Assembly: GCA_051362555.1 (NCBI GenBank)
Contig: CM120647.1
Location: 14,918,651-14,982,650, forward strand
Length of the DNA stretch: 64,000 bases
Source of the DNA: Lingula anatina
Lineage: Eukaryota; Animalia; Brachiopoda
Direction of reading: 5' to 3'
Shown: one piece after another, positions 59,390 through 64,000 of the stretch
Layout of the letters: each line of letters starts with the position of its first letter
How positions within the stretch are numbered: the stretch's first letter is position 1
Position numbers and translations under genes: made by a program
Notes under the pieces: generated by a model
What the model was told of the DNA's origin: nothing
What the model saw: the letters and a program-made list of their open reading frames with translations, nothing else
Database searches by the model: none

Positions 59390-59599
59390 GGGTGCATTCC
59401 CAGAGATTTAGATCGATCCAGAGATTTAGATGGACCTAATTCCCCGGGGGTTCACGCTAAATTGCAGTCAGTCGAGCGCGCACCATAGTTAATTACCCCC
59501 TAACAGCTTTTAGTAGGCGGGACAGACGCTTAAGCCGGCTAAGCTGACAGTAATCTCCCCACAGGGATAGATCGATCTAAAATCTATGGGAATGGGGTC
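59390..59599. mobile_element. PIF/Harbinger-type MITE
   Basis: TAA TSD on both sides; TIRs GGGTGCATTCCCAGAGATTTAGATCGATC / GATCGATCTAAAATCTATGGGAATGGGGTC. Confidence 0.75.
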
Positions 59600-60319
59600 T
59601 AAGAGTTATCACCAGTGCCTTGAAACCAGCCAGTACTCGTCACACGCCACCAAGGCATAAGTGAACTACTGAGGCTCCGTGTGACGGAGTCCCCCTTCCA
59701 TTTGATTTGTACAGGCTAGGGTTAGCGTGACGTTAGTGCGTTAAAAACGGATTGTAGAAATAAATGGGAACGGTAACTGTATCGCAGGGGACTGTCTATC
59801 TCGTGCGTGGCATCGGTCTTCCATTTCAAATATGGCCTTTTGAGATTTATTTATTTATTGAAAATTAATGTTATTTTTTCACATATTAAAGCGCTGGACC
59901 CTTTTTCTGAATGCCAATGTTGCATGTACAAATTAAACTTGGCAGTTTTCATGCTGTTTATTTAATTATTTATTTTGCAATATAAGGTGGGTCAAATTAT
60001 TTTTTCTTGGATTTATTTATTTATTTATTTATTTATTTATTTTTGTACCAGTTGGTGTAAAATATCATGTTTCGCTAACATTAAATCACTGCAGGAGAAT
60101 ACAATTGCTACTTATAAAGTATTTATTCAATTCACGCTGTGTAAGTATTAACAAGTTCTCATAATAGTAAAACACTTGCAAACCTCGATGTTTATCACAA
60201 AAAAATGCTAACATTTTGTAAAAAACGAATCTGGAGAAACCTAGTGTATGATGCGTATAGTGTTAAACCTTACAAATCAGGCAGAAAAAGTGTAGTTCGA
60301 CAAAATACAATACATTACA

Positions 60320-62592
60320 TCAACCATTAATTATTGGGTCATGAATCTCGTTATCTTGTACATATTTTTTCACCTTGTCTTTGACCACAACCTCCCAGTT
60401 ACGCTTAAGAACAGCTTTGTTACCTTCCGTGTTAATAAAGCTCAACACCAACTTTGGAATGGAAACGGTGATAAAAGAAGCAAACCCCTGACCGATGAAT
60501 TGTAACTCTGAAGCTATACCGAAATCCATCAGCGTGAACATTAAAAAGATTGCCGATGCAATTGCGACAATAGAGGTGGCGCATGCCTTTGCCATGCCTA
60601 CATCGAGAGGAAGTAGTTGTTTATAAATGGCCACCCACAGGTCTTTAGGGATGATCTCCCAACCGCTGTCATCTAGTTTGTATAATTGAACGTATTGGTC
60701 ATTGTCTTGCGCTGGAGTAGGTGGCTCTGCGCTGATGGTTGGTTGAACGTTTCCAGTATCAGCGACGTACTCTTCAGCATCATGTCGATATAGAGCTGCA
60801 GTGCTTGAGGAATTTGAGGGTTCTCGATTAATAACACATTCCAGGGGTATGGCCGCTGGTATGCTTTCTTGGTTGGAACCTCCTGTACTGTGAGCTTTGG
60901 TCGGAACACTTTTTATCGATTTCGGCCCATACGTTGAACATTCCTTGAATACAATAGTTTTCAATACTTTGTAATTTTCTTGTAACTCATGAAACGGATT
61001 CCAAATGTAATAAATTACTGATAAAACTAGTATAATGTGGGGCAATACAATTTCGTAATTTATAATCGCACCCGCTAAAGTCAGCAAGACTATTGAAATC
61101 AAGCTAGATAAAGACATAAAGTAGACAGTAATGGCATAGAAAAAACTGAAAATTCCATGTAAACCAAGGAGCCCCATAGCAACATAACTTTTACTTGGTG
61201 TAAATCCTCTGGCAATCACCAATAGCGCACCATAAAACGGATAAACAAGCACAAAAGTAGGTAGTCCAAGAAAAATACCGAGGAGTGCCACGAATATTGA
61301 TCTACAGTTTATTTTACGACGCCAAATATTCAAATGAAAACCTATGAATTTTATCAGGTAAATTGCATTTAGTAAAGACTTCGTCATTACATTCTGAAAG
61401 GAAATGTAATCACCAAAAACACTGCTATCGACAAAGTCAATGGCCGGAATTTCCCATTCGCAGTGACATATCCTATGAAGAAGAGAAAATGCCTCAACCT
61501 GATACTTCGACAACACTTTCACAATTGTTTTCCAGTCTTCAAATAATTCTGTCGACTTCAAAGTCCGAAATAGTATAAGTATGAGTGCAAGTGAAAAGAA
61601 AAACCAAGCTGCGTTAACCGAACTCGACGTATAATCCAGGTAGAAGTCCTTATATGTGAAAACCACGTTGTATTCGTTGCCTGTATAAAGTGCAAAAAAG
61701 AAAGTTATATGTGCCAGAGGAAATAGAACACACACCGCTACAAGAGCCGAGACCCGGTTTTCTTGGGCGAGGGAAAACAATTCATCAAACGGTGTTTTTG
61801 TTCTTGGGCCATTGATTTCAAACTTTTTCATGTTATGAAGCCAATCTTGACAATATCGAACTGTGAATCGTTTTGGAAGTAACGAAAAATAGATGAGTGG
61901 CGAAAAGTACATTGCGATAAGTAGGATTGTAATTTTGTAGGTTAAGACCCTGGGCAGTTTCTTTTCTTCTAAAAAAAAAAATGAATGTTTGGTGCACTAG
62001 AAACCCTTGAACAATAGTTGTTAATGCTAATACCAAGCTGGGAGTTCCATTCAATTATATTATAACAGATCAGACTATCCTGCAGGTGACGTTGTGTTAG
62101 AGCCCTTTCACTAACTGTATTCAGAAACAGTGATGCCAAAATGCAGAATTTTTCAGTTACGTTTAAGGTAACCCAACATCCCTGTTGCACCTCATATAAG
62201 TCAATGTTAATTTTCTCTACGCCGGGCGAAAGAGTCCACAAGGACGTCTCCACGAAATTCTCTTCTAAAGACAGGAATAGTCGTCCAATGTCTCCATCAG
62301 TCCAAATCCAGAAATATTTCCCGATTTGGTCACTTCTGTTTTTTGCACGCCAGAACTCTTCACTGTAATATGGTCGAACTATGGGATTCAAGCGAACAAA
62401 CCGGATGTTGGTACTAGAAAAATTGCCATTGATTTGTTGTGTGCTCTCTTCTGTCATGTTCAACTGACAGTTAGAATGGAGCAAAATGTCGAGGCAGTCC
62501 ACATTTGGGGGAGTGTCTTCAGCCTGTGTTTTGGCGAAGTTCAATTGAAATACCACGAATATTAGAAATACTTTCGCTATTTTCACTTCCAT
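60320..62592 (-). CDS. Uncharacterised multi-pass membrane protein (757 aa if frameshift repaired): signal peptide, Cys/N-glycan-rich ectodomain, about 9-10 TM helices; single coding exon with a frameshift at 61971-61981
   Basis: ORF 61969-62592 (MEVKIAKVFLIFVVFQLNFAKTQA..) stops at CAT TTT TTT TTT TAG; the -1 frame continues LEEKKLPRVLTYKITILLIAMYFSP.. open to 60320. Acceptor at about 62615 and upstream donors at about 62750 and 62829 suggest non-coding 5' exons. Confidence 0.75.
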
Positions 62593-63248
62593 TTCGCTCT
62601 GAATGGTTGCAGGATCTGTAGACAAATGAAAAGACAGTTTCCATTTAGAAATGACACCCAACAGCCATTCACTGTAATATGCAGCAAAATCATATTTCAA
62701 AATCAGTATTTAATCTATAAAACCTAAAAATAAACATTGTAAGATACTTACCTGCTACCGTACAATTTATATTTGACTAAAACTGAAGAGGGCAGTTTTT
62801 ATCTCTGACATTCACTATAGTCCACTTACCAGTATCTACTAGTATTTTGTCGTCAGCAGAACAGTTTCACCTGTACTTTCAGGATGTTTCCACTCAACGT
62901 CTACAAAGACCGGAGTGCTTGTTCGTAATATGGATGCTTTCGCTTTAACTTCCAAACGACGAGTAAGCACCGATCGCAAGGGAGCCAAACAGCACCTTTG
63001 GGTAAACAACCTAACGCTTGAATTATATTCGTATTGTTCAATTTCTGCATAGCGTTGACATTGTATTTTTGAATTGGTCTGCATTACAATATCCTTTAGA
63101 AATGGGCAACAAATAAGAAAAGAAAAACATATACGGCAAGCAGTAGACAGGACTTCATACAATGTACTCAGCCAAAATCATGCTCAGGCTATTTACGCAT
63201 TTTTGTAAAACGCAGATTAAACGTGTGTGTGTGTGTGTGTGTGTGTGT

Positions 63249-63345
63249 TAGATAGATAGATAGATACATCGGGATACATCATTATAGATAGATAGATACA
63301 TCAGGATACATCATTATAGATAGATAGATAGATAGATAGATAGAT
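63249..63345. repeat. (GATA)n compound microsatellite with duplicated GATACATC..GATACATCATTA spacer
   Basis: Direct inspection. Confidence 0.9.
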
Positions 63346-64000
63346 CAGGGTACATAATCGATTGTATGTGAGAAAGAAAACATATATTATGCTTGAATGT
63401 GTTTTTAGATTATATCCAACGGTCGATAAATCTAAAGCCAAATGTTCGACATGTCTGTCCCTACCTCTCTATTGCCCCCTTTTTATGTTTCATTATTTTT
63501 TTCAAGAATGAGTACCGATATTGATGTTTATATTTATCTGTGCAAATTTTGTGCTTTACGGGTAATAGATAACACAGAGCAGGTCAGTTACTTCTGATAG
63601 ATGGTTTAATTCAGTTAAAATTTACAAAAGATTTTCATAAAGGATGTAAACTTTTATTAATAATAATAATAATAATTTATTGAGCACTGAAATGTTTTTA
63701 CATTTAGAGGCTCTCTAGCTACTATACATTATACATATGGAAAGATAGTAAGGATAGTAAGTAAATGAAAAAGAAAAAAAAATTAAATTAAAGTCGTCAG
63801 TTCTTTACTACCACTGACTCCTTCCAAACCCTAATTTAAGATTTAGGCCTAAATACACTCAAATATAAAACACTAGGCTACCAAAAGATACATTGATTTG
63901 AACATAAACACAAAATGCCCAACAAGCATAACTTCTTGTGCAACAAACTACAATTTCACTGGCTATACATAATTAATATACATTTTATAAACAAACTACA

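Noticed and set aside
61969-62700. ORF-track start at 62700 (MKYDFAAY..)
   Set aside because: Non-ATG start upstream of a splice acceptor at about 62615; ATG 62592 gives a proper signal peptide.

Overview
Eukaryotic (animal, AT-rich, intron-rich, probably marine invertebrate) genomic DNA, not prokaryotic. Splicing exons by hand gives eight protein-coding loci: an uncharacterised 328-aa gene (5657-11777 +); RPL11 (13097-16634 -) head-to-head with the axonemal gene DRC1 (16985-24721 +); a small single-FN3-domain gene (28842-31071 +); a gustatory-receptor-like 7TM gene (32402-45245 +); RPL7 (47302-50491 -) head-to-head with an SDR16C-type short-chain dehydrogenase that has lost its catalytic motifs (55100-57601 +); and a gene with one long coding exon for a signal-peptide/multi-TM protein, broken by a frameshift in an A11 run (60320-62592 -). 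Non-coding highlights: two paralogous H/ACA snoRNAs in RPL11 introns whose pockets match 18S rRNA sites equivalent to human Psi609 and Psi1174; a 3.0-kb CMC/EnSpm-like element carrying an internally deleted Ty3/Gypsy LTR element inside the 7TM gene's first intron; a decayed Tc1 transposon; a Helentron-type element; several MITEs; and a triplicated unit holding tRNA-like relics. All gene models and family calls were made by eye and from memory; no searches were run.
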